In this document: in pieces, positions 1 through 10,520 of the stretch | How positions within the stretch are numbered: position 1 is the first letter of the stretch | How the letters are laid out: the number at the start of each line of letters is the position of its first letter | Assembly: GCA_040772365.1 (NCBI GenBank) | Contig: JAXGYI010000007.1 | Span: 5,752-69,751 of the forward strand | Source of the DNA: Candidatus Moraniibacteriota bacterium | GTDB lineage: Bacteria; Patescibacteriota; Minisyncoccia; Moranbacterales; GCA-2747515 | Reading direction: 5' to 3' | DNA: 64,000 nt | Position numbers and translations under genes: made by a program | Notes under the pieces: generated by a model | What the model was told of the DNA's origin: nothing | The model's input: the letters and a program-made list of their open reading frames with translations, nothing else | The model's database searches: none

Positions 1-828
1 TTAGGATTTTTCTCTGGTGATCTAATTGTCTACACTGATCCAAAAAACCGCACCATCCTTACAAATCTCAAGGATCTTCTTGATCGCTACTACACTCGAT
101 ACCACATCGTATATGGACGGCATGACTTGGAGTGTGGCGCACCGTGCTTTCATGCATGGCACGACGTCTTCTTTAAGACACCTGACGCAGAAAAACCCAC
201 AAATATAGCCCCGCCACAACAATCTCCACCACGGCAATCATCACAACCGCAAACGCCAGATGATCAAGCAATTGCCGCACTACAAATCCCCACAACAGAG
301 GTTGCTGGTGCTATTGCCGAGCCAATCACGCCACCCATTGCCGCACCACCAAAACCCTATCACTCCTTTGACTATGAACAAACGCACTTCATTCTCCTCT
401 CCTCTGATTACCCGGTCAAACATGGCATTGATGATGCGCAAATGGCATGGTTAGAGCACGATCTCGCAAATACACCTGCGCGTAACATCATCGTCTTCTC
501 TCACATACCACCAGTAAACTTTTTCAAAAAATCTGCTAAGGAGTGTCATGACATGACCTGTGACGAGCCACGACGACAGAAGCTTGTTGCTCTTTTTGAA
601 AAATACGGCGTTGACCTCGTCATCTCTGGACATGAACATGTTTTTGACCACAAAGTTGTTCATGGCATTGACTATGTGCTTGCCGGCAACACTGGCAATG
701 GTAAGCGTTATAAAAATACCACCTGGAAAGACAGTTTTCTCTTTGTGACTGTGGAAGAAAAGCGTATTATTCTACAATCACTCTTCGCTGATGGAACAGA
801 GAATCGTACAATTGAGATTGCTACCTAA
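1..828 (+). CDS. Calcineurin-like metallophosphoesterase (5'-partial)
   Basis: Frame 1 is open from base 1 (LGFFSGDLIV...VYGRHDLEC); GD, GxHD, FSHIPP and SGHEH motifs; Pro/Gln-rich internal insert. Confidence 0.8.
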   Translation, partial: LGFFSGDLIVYTDPKNRTILTNLKDLLDRYYTRYHIVYGRHDLECGAPCFHAWHDVFFKTPDAEKPTNIAPPQQSPPRQSSQPQTPDDQAIAALQIPTTEVAGAIAEPITPPIAAPPKPYHSFDYEQTHFILLSSDYPVKHGIDDAQMAWLEHDLANTPARNIIVFSHIPPVNFFKKSAKECHDMTCDEPRRQKLVALFEKYGVDLVISGHEHVFDHKVVHGIDYVLAGNTGNGKRYKNTTWKDSFLFVTVEEKRIILQSLFADGTENRTIEIAT

Positions 829-857
829 TCACGTAGTACCACGCATCTTTTCTCACA

Positions 858-2243
858 CTACGCAGCGCTACCGTTAGTGATGCGTGCGGAAAAATATGCG
901 TCAACCTCCTCTATGGCAACCTCTTCCTGTATACGTGTCTGTAAATCCTTGACCTGCATTACATCACGCGCATACTCGTCTTCGCCACAAATCACAGCAT
1001 AGCGCGCACCCGACTGCAGGGCATAGGCAAACTGCTGCTGAAACGTCATATCGCGAAGAAGTGCAACCTCTGTACGGATATCCGCCATACGGATACGATC
1101 TGCTAATTGTGCATAGAAAGCATTACGCTGTGGCATGATGCGCAACACAACTACACTGATTGGCGCATCTGTCGTCGTATCCTTACCAAGACTTTGCAAT
1201 GCAGCAAACAGCCGATCCACACCAATCGATGCGCCAACAGCTGGTAGATCTGACCCTGTAAAGCGTCGTACTAAGCCGTCGTACCGTCCGCCGGAAAACA
1301 CACTACCGAATTGCGGAGCGTCATCCAATGTTGTTTCCATTACTGTCCCTGTATAGTAATCCAGTCCCCGTGCAATTGTCACGTCAAGATCAACAACATC
1401 TGCTGTCATGCCAACAGCGCGTACGATAGTAAGAATTTCCGCTATATCCTCCACGCCACGCAGCGCATCCGGATCATCGGCAAAGAGCGTACGACACTGT
1501 GCAAGTATATCGTCTGTTGTTCCACGTAGTTCTAAAAATGCCATTACTGTCTGTGCCCCGGTGTCACCGAGCAGTGCCTGTAATTGCTCGCGTACAGCAT
1601 CGTGCCCAATCTTGTGTAGCTTATCAATACTACGCAACATACCCTGCATTTTTTCTGCATAGACTTTTGCATCCGTACGTGTGAGACCTGCCACCGCTCC
1701 AAGTCCTGTTAAAATGGACCGATGGTTAATACGTACACGAAAACGATCCACGCCCAATGCACGCATCGTCCGTACCATCATCATAACAATTTCTGCATCA
1801 GCAATCATCTCATCGGTTCCCGCAATATCAGCATCAAATTGCATAAATTGTCGATAACGCCCCTGCTGTGGCCGCTCACCACGAAAAACTGGCCCAACCA
1901 CCATGCGACGCCATGGCAAGCGAATACCCGTACGAGCTGTGGCATCATAGGGATTTTGAGCAATTAATCGTGCAAATGGCACTGTATGATCAAAACGTAG
2001 CGCCAATTCTTCCCCATGCACATCACGATTGACTACAGAAAAAATCTGCTTAGATGTTTCTCCGTCATCCGCCGCCAGTATACGACGAAACTCCACCATA
2101 GGCGTTTCAATGGCATCAAAACCAAATGTCGCAAAAGTTCGCGCAATAGTATCAAGCATGTCTTGACGTGCCGCATAGGTTTCTGGTAAATAGTCAAGAA
2201 ATCCACTTGGCCGCACCGCCTCCATCAATGTGTCCTGTGTCAT
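858..2243 (-). CDS. hisS: Histidine--tRNA ligase
   Basis: RPSGFLDYLP, ALRFDHTVPFAR, GPVFRGERPQQGRYRQF, RGLDYYTG, GGRYD; ATG at 2243 chosen as start. Confidence 0.96.
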   Translation of the reverse strand: MTQDTLMEAVRPSGFLDYLPETYAARQDMLDTIARTFATFGFDAIETPMVEFRRILAADDGETSKQIFSVVNRDVHGEELALRFDHTVPFARLIAQNPYDATARTGIRLPWRRMVVGPVFRGERPQQGRYRQFMQFDADIAGTDEMIADAEIVMMMVRTMRALGVDRFRVRINHRSILTGLGAVAGLTRTDAKVYAEKMQGMLRSIDKLHKIGHDAVREQLQALLGDTGAQTVMAFLELRGTTDDILAQCRTLFADDPDALRGVEDIAEILTIVRAVGMTADVVDLDVTIARGLDYYTGTVMETTLDDAPQFGSVFSGGRYDGLVRRFTGSDLPAVGASIGVDRLFAALQSLGKDTTTDAPISVVVLRIMPQRNAFYAQLADRIRMADIRTEVALLRDMTFQQQFAYALQSGARYAVICGEDEYARDVMQVKDLQTRIQEEVAIEEVDAYFSARITNGSAA

Positions 2244-2320
2244 AGTTCGTGCATATAGATTCATTAATACATTCACCACCTTCCCCACTATACCACAACA
2301 TGAATATTCTACGCTATATT

Positions 2321-2349
2321 TTGACGATTACACAAAAATCCGCCATAAT
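2321..2349 (+). promoter_or_regulatory. Putative sigma70 promoter for def-fmt
   Basis: TTGACG-17-CATAAT just upstream of def ATG. Confidence 0.5.
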
Positions 2350-2357
2350 GAAGAGGT

Positions 2358-2870
2358 ATGACAACACTACACCAAACAACTGAACACAAAGAACAACTCC
2401 TCCCCGTGGCGCATCGTGGCGACGCAATGTTAACGCGTGTCGCAACACCAGTTACTGATCCGCAATCTGCCGATATACAAGAACTGATTCGCGATATGTT
2501 CTACACCATGCGCATTGAAAACGGTTGTGGATTAGCAGCGCCGCAGGTACGTAAAAATGTTCGTGTGATCACTATGGCTGTTGATGGAACACGCTATACA
2601 ATGATCAATCCGGAAATCACTAAACGCTCCTCACGTCTCGTTACTTTTGATGAAAGCTGCTTGAGTATTCCTAGCACAACACTGCGTATTATCCGCAATG
2701 AGAACGTTACTGTACGCTACCATGATCACAATGGCATTATCCGCATCATAGATGCACATGGATTCCTCTCTGTTGTTTGCCAACATGAAATTGATCACCT
2801 GGATGGTATTTTGATGACACAGCGCCATGCTGAACAGCAGGCTCTGCGAGCACAATACAACATTGATTAG
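2358..2870 (+). CDS. def: Peptide deformylase
   Basis: GCGLAAPQ, ESCLS and QHEIDHLDG motifs. Confidence 0.96.
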   Translation: MTTLHQTTEHKEQLLPVAHRGDAMLTRVATPVTDPQSADIQELIRDMFYTMRIENGCGLAAPQVRKNVRVITMAVDGTRYTMINPEITKRSSRLVTFDESCLSIPSTTLRIIRNENVTVRYHDHNGIIRIIDAHGFLSVVCQHEIDHLDGILMTQRHAEQQALRAQYNID

Positions 2871-2900
2871 TAAAGTCCATTAGATTTTTGCGCTACGTCT

Positions 2901-4079
2901 ATGAAAACATCAATTGACATTACACGAAAACCGCACTCCCCGCATCATGTGCCCGTACATGCTGCCACGACATCTCATGACACAGCAGAGGATTCTGTGC
3001 CTACACCTACAAGTAGCACACCTCCTGCAAAAACCGCACCGCACAAAGCTACTACACCACTGCCTGCATCGCCTACGACACATAATAGTACTGAAGATAC
3101 CCACCACACCGTAGTGTTTATGGGTACTGGTGTTTTTGCCGCGGAAATTCTCACTGCGCTACTCCATGCGCCGCACTACCATGTGACCCAGATTGTCACC
3201 CAACCCGACAAAAAAATCGGGAGAAAAAAGAAATCCACAATTCATCGCACGCTGGCAGCAAATCCCGTACGTGACATTGCGCATGAGCGCAACATCCCCC
3301 TCCTCCAACCTATAAAAATTGATCGTGATGCCATTGCAACAATTGCAGCCCAGAAACCTGATCTTCTCATCGTAGCATCATATGGACGTATCTTACCGCA
3401 AAAACTCCTTGATGTAGCTCGCATTGCACCAATCAACGTACACGCATCACTGCTCCCCCTACTACGCGGCGCCTCCCCCATTCACAATGCCATTCTGCAT
3501 GGACATACAGAAACCGGTATCACAATCATGTTGATGGACGCCGGTATGGATACGGGACCAATCCTTGCTCAGGAGCGCACAATGATTACAGCACACGAGA
3601 AAACCAACGAACTCTGCGCACGCCTCGCACACATTGGTGGTGCACTCCTCATCACAACACTAGATGCCTTGATTACTGAAAAGATCTCTCCACGACCACA
3701 AAACCACATGCGAGCCACGCTATGCCAACTCATCGATCGTGAAGATGGGCATATTCAGTGGACACAGACCACTACAGAAATTTACAATCGCTATCGCGCG
3801 CTCTACCCATGGCCAGGTATTTTTAGCTTCTGGGAAATTCATGAGTCCCAACTTCTGCGCATTCATTTTCGCTCTATCCTTCCGTCCACGGAACCACTAG
3901 ACCGTACTCTCGCACAGCTGATGCCTGGCACTGTTTTTATTGATCATGGACAACTATGTATTAAAACTGGAGATGGCGCCATTATCGTGGAAGCCCTCCA
4001 ACCAGAATGTAAAGTCGTCATGCCAGTCTATGACTTCCTCAACGGACACAAAAATTTTGAAGGTGCCGTATTAAAGTAA
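2901..4079 (+). CDS. fmt: Methionyl-tRNA formyltransferase with low-complexity N-terminal extension
   Basis: VVFMGT, VTQPDK, NVHASLLP..RGASPI, MDAGMDTGP; follows def. Confidence 0.94.
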   Translation: MKTSIDITRKPHSPHHVPVHAATTSHDTAEDSVPTPTSSTPPAKTAPHKATTPLPASPTTHNSTEDTHHTVVFMGTGVFAAEILTALLHAPHYHVTQIVTQPDKKIGRKKKSTIHRTLAANPVRDIAHERNIPLLQPIKIDRDAIATIAAQKPDLLIVASYGRILPQKLLDVARIAPINVHASLLPLLRGASPIHNAILHGHTETGITIMLMDAGMDTGPILAQERTMITAHEKTNELCARLAHIGGALLITTLDALITEKISPRPQNHMRATLCQLIDREDGHIQWTQTTTEIYNRYRALYPWPGIFSFWEIHESQLLRIHFRSILPSTEPLDRTLAQLMPGTVFIDHGQLCIKTGDGAIIVEALQPECKVVMPVYDFLNGHKNFEGAVLK

Positions 4080-4118
4080 TTGCGTAGATCTAGTAAGAGT
4101 ACGCACTCTCTACTCCAT

Positions 4119-4955
4119 ATGAAAAAAACCGATCAATATCTCCTGTGGTGTACTATAATCATCATCATTGCAATTATGGTGTGGACGTTGTCCCGTTTTA
4201 TAGCAAGTACACAATCACCAGTGCCGCAGCAGCAGCACGCAGAATATCCTGCAGAATCCACAGATCTAGAAACCACATCGCAGGATCGCACAATCCCCAC
4301 AATCACAATACGAGATTTTTCAATGGCACTACAGGATAAGAGCACGCCAGCAGCCATCTACGACATCCGTCCAACAACAGCTTATGATGAGGGTCATATC
4401 CCCGGTAGCTTAACCAGTGAAACGTTTGACGTTGCGCACACTGGACGCCATATTGTCCTCATCACCGAAAATGGTGAAGAAACGGAGCATACACGCGCAC
4501 TCTTCCGTTCCATCGCTACAAACAATACGATCGCCCTCCTAGAAGGCGGTATCACCGCATGGCGTGCAGCAGGAAAGCCCATCGTCTCCATTGCAGTGCA
4601 GCCAGATTTTTTGACATCGGCAAAAGTGCAGTTTATTGAACCGCGCGATCTCTACGCAATGATTACTCAGCAACCTACGCCATCAGCACAGAATATCACG
4701 ATTATTGACACCCGTCGTTCTGGAAACTTTGCAAATGGACATATTGCCGGCGCTATCAATATCCCTCTCACAGAACTAGAGTTTCGCTATAGAGAAATCC
4801 CCCACAACACTCACATCATCATCTACGGCGCAACAGACATCAGCAGCTTTCAATCTGGCGTCGTACTCTATGATGTGAATATCCTAACCGCTAAAACTGT
4901 ACGTGGTGGATGGGAAGCGTGGGAAAAATATGGCTATCCTGTAGCACAGGAGTAG
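4119..4955 (+). CDS. Membrane-anchored tandem rhodanese-like domain protein
   Basis: N-terminal TM; two DxR..Y/F..GHI.G[SA] and GG..AW repeats. Confidence 0.8.
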   Translation: MKKTDQYLLWCTIIIIIAIMVWTLSRFIASTQSPVPQQQHAEYPAESTDLETTSQDRTIPTITIRDFSMALQDKSTPAAIYDIRPTTAYDEGHIPGSLTSETFDVAHTGRHIVLITENGEETEHTRALFRSIATNNTIALLEGGITAWRAAGKPIVSIAVQPDFLTSAKVQFIEPRDLYAMITQQPTPSAQNITIIDTRRSGNFANGHIAGAINIPLTELEFRYREIPHNTHIIIYGATDISSFQSGVVLYDVNILTAKTVRGGWEAWEKYGYPVAQE

Positions 4956-4991
4956 CTACACTGCCAACAGCATAGCACCTCATCCACGATG

Positions 4992-6161
4992 CTAAAAGTA
5001 TTTGCCGTATTTCTCCAAGTCGTAGTAGCAGTGCGGATTAGGGTATTCATCGGGATCCAAGCAACACTCCATGTCCATGTGCTTCTTCTTATTCTTTTTA
5101 CTCTTCCTTGGCTTATCATTTTTTTTAGCACAAACCTTGCGTCCCAGCGCATCAACCTTGTACCACGCCGGATGCGGTGCATCTATAACAGGAGGTGCAA
5201 CCGGCTTTGGCTTTGGTCGCACAATGTCAGTATTGCGAAACTGTGATACGGCCGAGAAGTACTCTGGTACGCGATTGGTAACCGCAACCATCAGGTCTTC
5301 TTGCGTCACATCATCTTCATCTGTGCCAGTAATAACAGGTACAATGGTATAGATATAGCGCCCATCCACGAGCATAAAGAACAGCGTAGGCTCATAGCAC
5401 GGATCATCAGGTCCTACGTAAAACTCTTCTGCAGGATAATCACCTGTTTCATAGAGACGCCCTGCAATATCGTGACACGCTGCACGATCTGCTCCTGTGC
5501 GCAAACGTGGATACTCATCGGTATTCATGATTTGTGGCGTATCCCGCAGATCATATACCGCAACCTCAAACCCCCTACGATCCTGCATATGTCCTTCTCC
5601 ATCATCAGACTGCTCTGGTGTAAAAAAGCCCATGCGATATACCGCCTTACTCTTCTCATGTGTTTTATAGATCTGTCGGACACGCCAATCTGCAGGGTGC
5701 ATCATCGCAAAACCGTACCACGCACTGTGATAGGTCTTCCAGGTTGACGTATCAATACGATCTTGTATAGCTGCGATATCACGCATGTGTTGCTGTTCAA
5801 TCGCCTCTTCTTTTTCCGCTGCACGCATCAGTGTAGTACTGCGAAGATGCGCCTCGTGCCACCGCCCACCTGCATATGCTCCAAGAATCATTGCAACAAC
5901 AACGTACACAGTCGCCACAGAAAAGAGACCGTGAATTACACGATGCGCAGCATTGCTGTGATGTCTGTGACGTACACGATTTTTGACTGTCGTGAAAACA
6001 CCTTGCACGGCACAGGCGCCTTGCACACACACTCTGCGCAATGACGCTAGACGATTAGTTATTTTTTTTCTCCATAGTGTGGATGTGTTCGGGTCTTTTT
6101 CTGTAGAAAGAACGTCTTTTACGTGCTTTTTGGAAGAGGGACGCTTCTTTTTCTTATGCAT
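4992..6161 (-). CDS. Hypothetical membrane-anchored protein (PsbP-like WKTY..YGF segment, Cys-rich C-terminus)
   Basis: 389-aa ORF, one TM, DTSTWKTYHSAWYGFAMMHPADW, C-terminal CAKKNDKP...MECCLDPDEYPNPHCYY. Confidence 0.6.
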   Translation of the reverse strand: MHKKKKRPSSKKHVKDVLSTEKDPNTSTLWRKKITNRLASLRRVCVQGACAVQGVFTTVKNRVRHRHHSNAAHRVIHGLFSVATVYVVVAMILGAYAGGRWHEAHLRSTTLMRAAEKEEAIEQQHMRDIAAIQDRIDTSTWKTYHSAWYGFAMMHPADWRVRQIYKTHEKSKAVYRMGFFTPEQSDDGEGHMQDRRGFEVAVYDLRDTPQIMNTDEYPRLRTGADRAACHDIAGRLYETGDYPAEEFYVGPDDPCYEPTLFFMLVDGRYIYTIVPVITGTDEDDVTQEDLMVAVTNRVPEYFSAVSQFRNTDIVRPKPKPVAPPVIDAPHPAWYKVDALGRKVCAKKNDKPRKSKKNKKKHMDMECCLDPDEYPNPHCYYDLEKYGKYF

Positions 6162-6239
6162 AAGATCTCTTTACGCCAACAAAATATGCCCCGTATTGTA
6201 ATACAGATCAAGGAAACGGTCAACTACCGCAAAATGACC

Positions 6240-7154
6240 TTATCGTTCCAAATAGCGCCGAATGCCAATGGCGCTACTCACAAAGCCGAGGAAAACACCT
6301 AGCAGCAACACACTGCCCATCATGATCACGAGGACACCACCATACATTGCTGACAGATCTACGCCTGTTAAAATGCGCTGCGCAAACGGATCAACGCCAT
6401 AAACTGTTGCCACGAGTGCAAGAATTGCAATCAGTGCACTTGCCGCACCGTAGAGAATACCCTCTACAAGGGTTGGCACCTTCACATAGAGATGTGACGC
6501 CCCCACAAGACGCATGACATCAAATTCTGCTCTATGCGCATAGAGGCTCATTCGCACGGTATTCAATGTCACTAAAACTGCAATCACCACAAAAATAACA
6601 CCGAGCGCCAGACCAATGTTGCGTACGAAGATAATGACTTTCTGGATGTCCTGCACCACTTTTTTATTGCGATCAAAACTAGTATTCATAATACGATCAC
6701 CGTATTCCTGATGCATATACGTATTGATATCTTCATATGAAGCTGCGTCATATGCTGTAATGACCAGTGATGCCGGAAGAGGATTCTCATTGGCAATCTT
6801 AAGGGCTTCTTGGATTTCTTTACTATCTCCTTCACGTGCCATAAAATCCTGCATTGCCTGCTCACGCGATACATACCGTATAGATGCAATCTGCTGAATG
6901 CGCTTATCCTCCAATGTTTTTTTAATATCCTCAATCTCCTCTGCCGGTACAGTGAGATCAAAATAAACGCTAATATTAATCCGATCCTCTACGGCATCAA
7001 TAGCATGCATCACGCCATAGCCAAGCAAAAGACCAATGCCAATTAAATAGAGCGCCAACGACATAATCACGACTGTCGCTAATGTTAACCACTTATCGCG
7101 ATAGAAATTGCGTACACCCTCACGCAAAACGCGTGCCAACTTAATCGTTTTCAT
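6240..7154 (-). CDS. ftsX: Cell division permease FtsX
   Basis: ENPLPAS, NTVRMS..HRAEFDVMRLVGAS, EGILYG; ATGA overlap with ftsE. Confidence 0.92.
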   Translation of the reverse strand: MKTIKLARVLREGVRNFYRDKWLTLATVVIMSLALYLIGIGLLLGYGVMHAIDAVEDRINISVYFDLTVPAEEIEDIKKTLEDKRIQQIASIRYVSREQAMQDFMAREGDSKEIQEALKIANENPLPASLVITAYDAASYEDINTYMHQEYGDRIMNTSFDRNKKVVQDIQKVIIFVRNIGLALGVIFVVIAVLVTLNTVRMSLYAHRAEFDVMRLVGASHLYVKVPTLVEGILYGAASALIAILALVATVYGVDPFAQRILTGVDLSAMYGGVLVIMMGSVLLLGVFLGFVSSAIGIRRYLER

Positions 7155-7891
7155 AGCGCGCATGTTCCCTTAATGATATACCCACTCTGTGCAGTATCGC
7201 CAACAATACGACCACGATCCATGGCGATCACGCGACGGCGAATTTTATCCACAATGGTTGTATCGTGTGTTGCTAAAATGACTGTTGTGCCAAACGTATT
7301 GATCTTGTATAACAATCGTGCAATATCATCTGCGGAAACAGGATCAAGATTGCCCGTCGGCTCATCAGCGATAAGTACACGCGGTCGGTGAATGATTGCA
7401 CGTGCTACAGCAACCCGTTGCTGCTCCCCACCACTAATCTGATGTGGATACTTATGCGCATGGTCTACCATATTAATCACATGCAACATCTGCGTCACTT
7501 CGTCATAAATCTGTGCATCAGATTTGCCATGAAGTTCTAGTGTATATGCAATATTCTCAAAAACCGTCTTCTGTGGTAAAAGTTTAAAATCTTGGAACAC
7601 CGTACCAAAGTTGCGCCGAAAATACGGCAACAGCCGCCGCTTCGTAGATAAGATATCACGTCCCCCAAAAAATACCGATCCCTCGGTAGGAAATTCGTCA
7701 GCATAGATCATCTTGAGCAACGTGGACTTCCCCGCACCGCTCGCACCCACAACAGACACGAACTCCCCGTGATCAATAGCACACGTCACTTCGCGCAGCG
7801 CCACAAAGCCATCCGGATATTCTTTAGAAACACCTTCTACGTGAATCAGTTTCGGCGACTGCTGTGCAGTGCGCGACATATCCTGTTCCAT
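7151..7891 (-). CDS. ftsE: Cell division ATP-binding protein FtsE
   Basis: GASGAGKST, VFQDFKLL, SGGEQQRV, DEPTGNLD; start uncertain. Confidence 0.93.
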   Translation of the reverse strand: MEQDMSRTAQQSPKLIHVEGVSKEYPDGFVALREVTCAIDHGEFVSVVGASGAGKSTLLKMIYADEFPTEGSVFFGGRDILSTKRRLLPYFRRNFGTVFQDFKLLPQKTVFENIAYTLELHGKSDAQIYDEVTQMLHVINMVDHAHKYPHQISGGEQQRVAVARAIIHRPRVLIADEPTGNLDPVSADDIARLLYKINTFGTTVILATHDTTIVDKIRRRVIAMDRGRIVGDTAQSGYIIKGTCAL

Positions 7892-8007
7892 GTGTATTTT
7901 TTCTAAACGATTGTGTAGTACATCCCCATCATTATAACATAATAATTCTGAAAATGTCACATCTGCTATGCTACGTGCAGATATACGCAGAGCTACCACG
8001 ACTGAAA

Positions 8008-9100
8008 CTATTGCCCTTGCGCCATCATCATCAAGTATGCTGTCATAAACGCCTCAAGGTCACCATCCAAAACCGCATCAACGTGTGCAGTCTCATGCTT
8101 CGTGCGATGATCCTTAACCATTTTATACGGATGTACAACATACGATCGAATTTGACTGCCCCACTGCGCATCTTTCACCTCGCCACGCAACGCATTTTGC
8201 TCCATCGCCTGCTCAGCAAGGCGGCGTTGGAGTAATTGTGCACGCAGTAATCGCAATGCCGCTTCCTTATTTTGCCCCTGTGATCGCTCATTTTGACACT
8301 GCGCCTGCAAGCCTGTCGGAAGGTGAGTGATACGCACGGCGCTATCAGTCGTATTGACATGCTGTCCACCAGCACCAGACGCGCGATACGTATCAATACG
8401 CAGATCTTCTGGTGCAAGGTGCACATCTAGATCATTGTGCACAACGGGAAGCACCTCCACACGCGCAAAAGATGTCTGGCGAAGATTGTCTGCATTGAAC
8501 GGCGACAAACGCACCAAGCGATGCACCCCCGCATCGGCACGCGCCCAACCATACGCCCATCGTCCGCGCACCTCTATTGTCATGCTCTTAATGCCAGCCT
8601 CTGCACCATCCACGCGGTCAAGGATGACTGCACGATAATTCTTACGCTCCGCCCATCGCAGATACATCCGCCCCAGCATATCCGCCCAGTCCTGCGCATC
8701 CACACCACCAGCACCAGCAACAATAGTAATAATAGCGTCATGAGCATCATATGTGCCAGAAAAATATGTATACAGTGTCAGTTTCCGCAAGTCTTCTTCC
8801 AACTGCCGTACCAATGCGGCCACATCTGCCTTCTCTACATCAGTTGTTGCCAAATCCTGTAAAATCGCAATGTCATCCAGAGTAGTGCGCAACGTATCAA
8901 AGCGCTCCACGTCACTACGTGCATCTTCCAGTTCACGCATAATACGTGTAGCACGTTCGTTATCATGCCAAAAATGCACATCTGCTGTGCGCGCTTCATG
9001 TTCTGCAATTACTGCACGCTTACTCGCAATGTCAAAGGGAGTCCTGCAGACGCAGGAGTTGTGATGTGAGAGTGGAATGTGACGGCACGCGATCAGACAT
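8008..9100 (-). CDS. prfB: Peptide chain release factor 2, programmed +1 frameshift at CTT TGA C
   Basis: SPF and GGQ motifs; ATG at 9100 gives 22 codons ending CTT-TGA-C (9031-9037), then the +1 frame continues DIASKR. Confidence 0.95.
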
Positions 9101-9133
9101 AGGACACTATACACTATGAGATGAATTTCTCTG

Positions 9134-9206
9134 AGCCATCCATCGGGATTGAACCGATGACCTGCACGTTACGAATGTGCCGCTCTACCAACTGAGCTAG
9201 GATGGC
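9134..9206 (-). tRNA. tRNA-Thr(CGT)
   Basis: GCCATCC acceptor, TAGCTCAGTTGGTAGAGC D-arm, anticodon loop TTCGTAA, GGTTCAATCC T-arm; CCA not encoded. Confidence 0.95.
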
Positions 9207-9344
9207 AAATACGTCACTAAGTATACACGGCGCAGAAAGAAATAGCAAGATACTTCACACAGGTATGCTCCGCGGTGGAAACCAATGATTTTTTTCAAAA
9301 CTAGCAAAAAGTGCATTTGTCACAACACATGTAAACAACGCGCT

Positions 9345-10520
9345 TTACACACGTGATTGACGCGAGATATTGAGTAAAATACCAACAGCAGCAAGTGAAA
9401 AAATAATCGATGTGCCACCATAACTGATAAATGGCAACGGAATACCCGTCAAGGGGATAAGTGATGTAATGGCAGCAATATTCATCATTGCCTGACCGGT
9501 AATCCAAATCGTGATTCCACCGGCAACAAGTTTACCAAAAAGATCTGGGGCATGTGTTGCAATCATCATTCCGCGCCAAGCAAAGACAATAAAGAGTGCA
9601 AGAAGCATCAGTGCACCAATAAACCCAACTTCTTCAGCAATAATCGCAAAAATGGAATCCCCTACTGGCTCTGGAAGATACAATCCCTTCTGCTTACTAT
9701 GCCCTAGACCAACGCCAAACGGTCCACCACTACCAATAGCAATGAGCGCTTGTTGAATTTGATAACCGGACCCCTGTGGGTCCGCCATTGGATCAATAAA
9801 GGACTTGAAGCGTTCCATGCGATAGGGTGCAATGAGAACTAGCAGGAGTACACCGATTATACCAATACTCATGAGACCGCCGAGGTGTTTCAGCGAAGCG
9901 CCGGCAAGATAAAAGATGCCCACAGAAATAAAAGCGAGAATAATCATTGTACCAAGATTTGGCTGCATATATACAAGAATACACGGCGTAATAATAATAC
10001 CTAAAAACGGCAAGACGCCGTTGTGAAAATCACTGATCAGTTTTGTTCCCTTACCACTACACCATGCCGCCACATATAATACCAGTGCAAGCTTCATTGC
10101 TTCCGACGGCTGAAATGTCGGCAGCGGTCCAAGGTTGATCCACCGACTTGCACCATAGGATGTGATACCAACACCAGGGATGAGCACAATGATCAGCAAA
10201 GCAAGCCCCATCACGTAGATGAGAAGTGCCCACCGACGATAGATATGGTAGTCAATCCGACTTAGTAAAAAAAGTGCTATAAATCCAAGAATAACACCCA
10301 CCATCTGCCGCCTAAAAAAGAGATACGGATCGCCAAAGCGCACACTAGCATATACAATACCTGCTGATGCAATCATGAGCACACCACAGAGCACCAAAAT
10401 GCCCACTGTGCCAAAAAGCACGCGGTCTGGTGCTGCGCTAAAATAGAGCGTATCACGTGAAATTTTATTTTTGTTTTTTCTGCGTCCGGGGTTCATCACC
10501 GAACGTCTGCGCTTGATCAT
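9345..10520 (-). CDS. ftsW: SEDS family peptidoglycan polymerase FtsW
   Basis: GASRWI..G..TFQPSE, QPNLGT, GYQ..Q...AIGSGG, LPEP..DSIF, TGIPLPFISYGG. Confidence 0.92.
   Translation of the reverse strand: MIKRRRSVMNPGRRKNKNKISRDTLYFSAAPDRVLFGTVGILVLCGVLMIASAGIVYASVRFGDPYLFFRRQMVGVILGFIALFLLSRIDYHIYRRWALLIYVMGLALLIIVLIPGVGITSYGASRWINLGPLPTFQPSEAMKLALVLYVAAWCSGKGTKLISDFHNGVLPFLGIIITPCILVYMQPNLGTMIILAFISVGIFYLAGASLKHLGGLMSIGIIGVLLLVLIAPYRMERFKSFIDPMADPQGSGYQIQQALIAIGSGGPFGVGLGHSKQKGLYLPEPVGDSIFAIIAEEVGFIGALMLLALFIVFAWRGMMIATHAPDLFGKLVAGGITIWITGQAMMNIAAITSLIPLTGIPLPFISYGGTSIIFSLAAVGILLNISRQSRV

Noticed and set aside
9038-9114. ORF-track N-terminus of RF2 (MYSVLCLIAC...)
   Set aside because: Wrong frame upstream of the programmed frameshift
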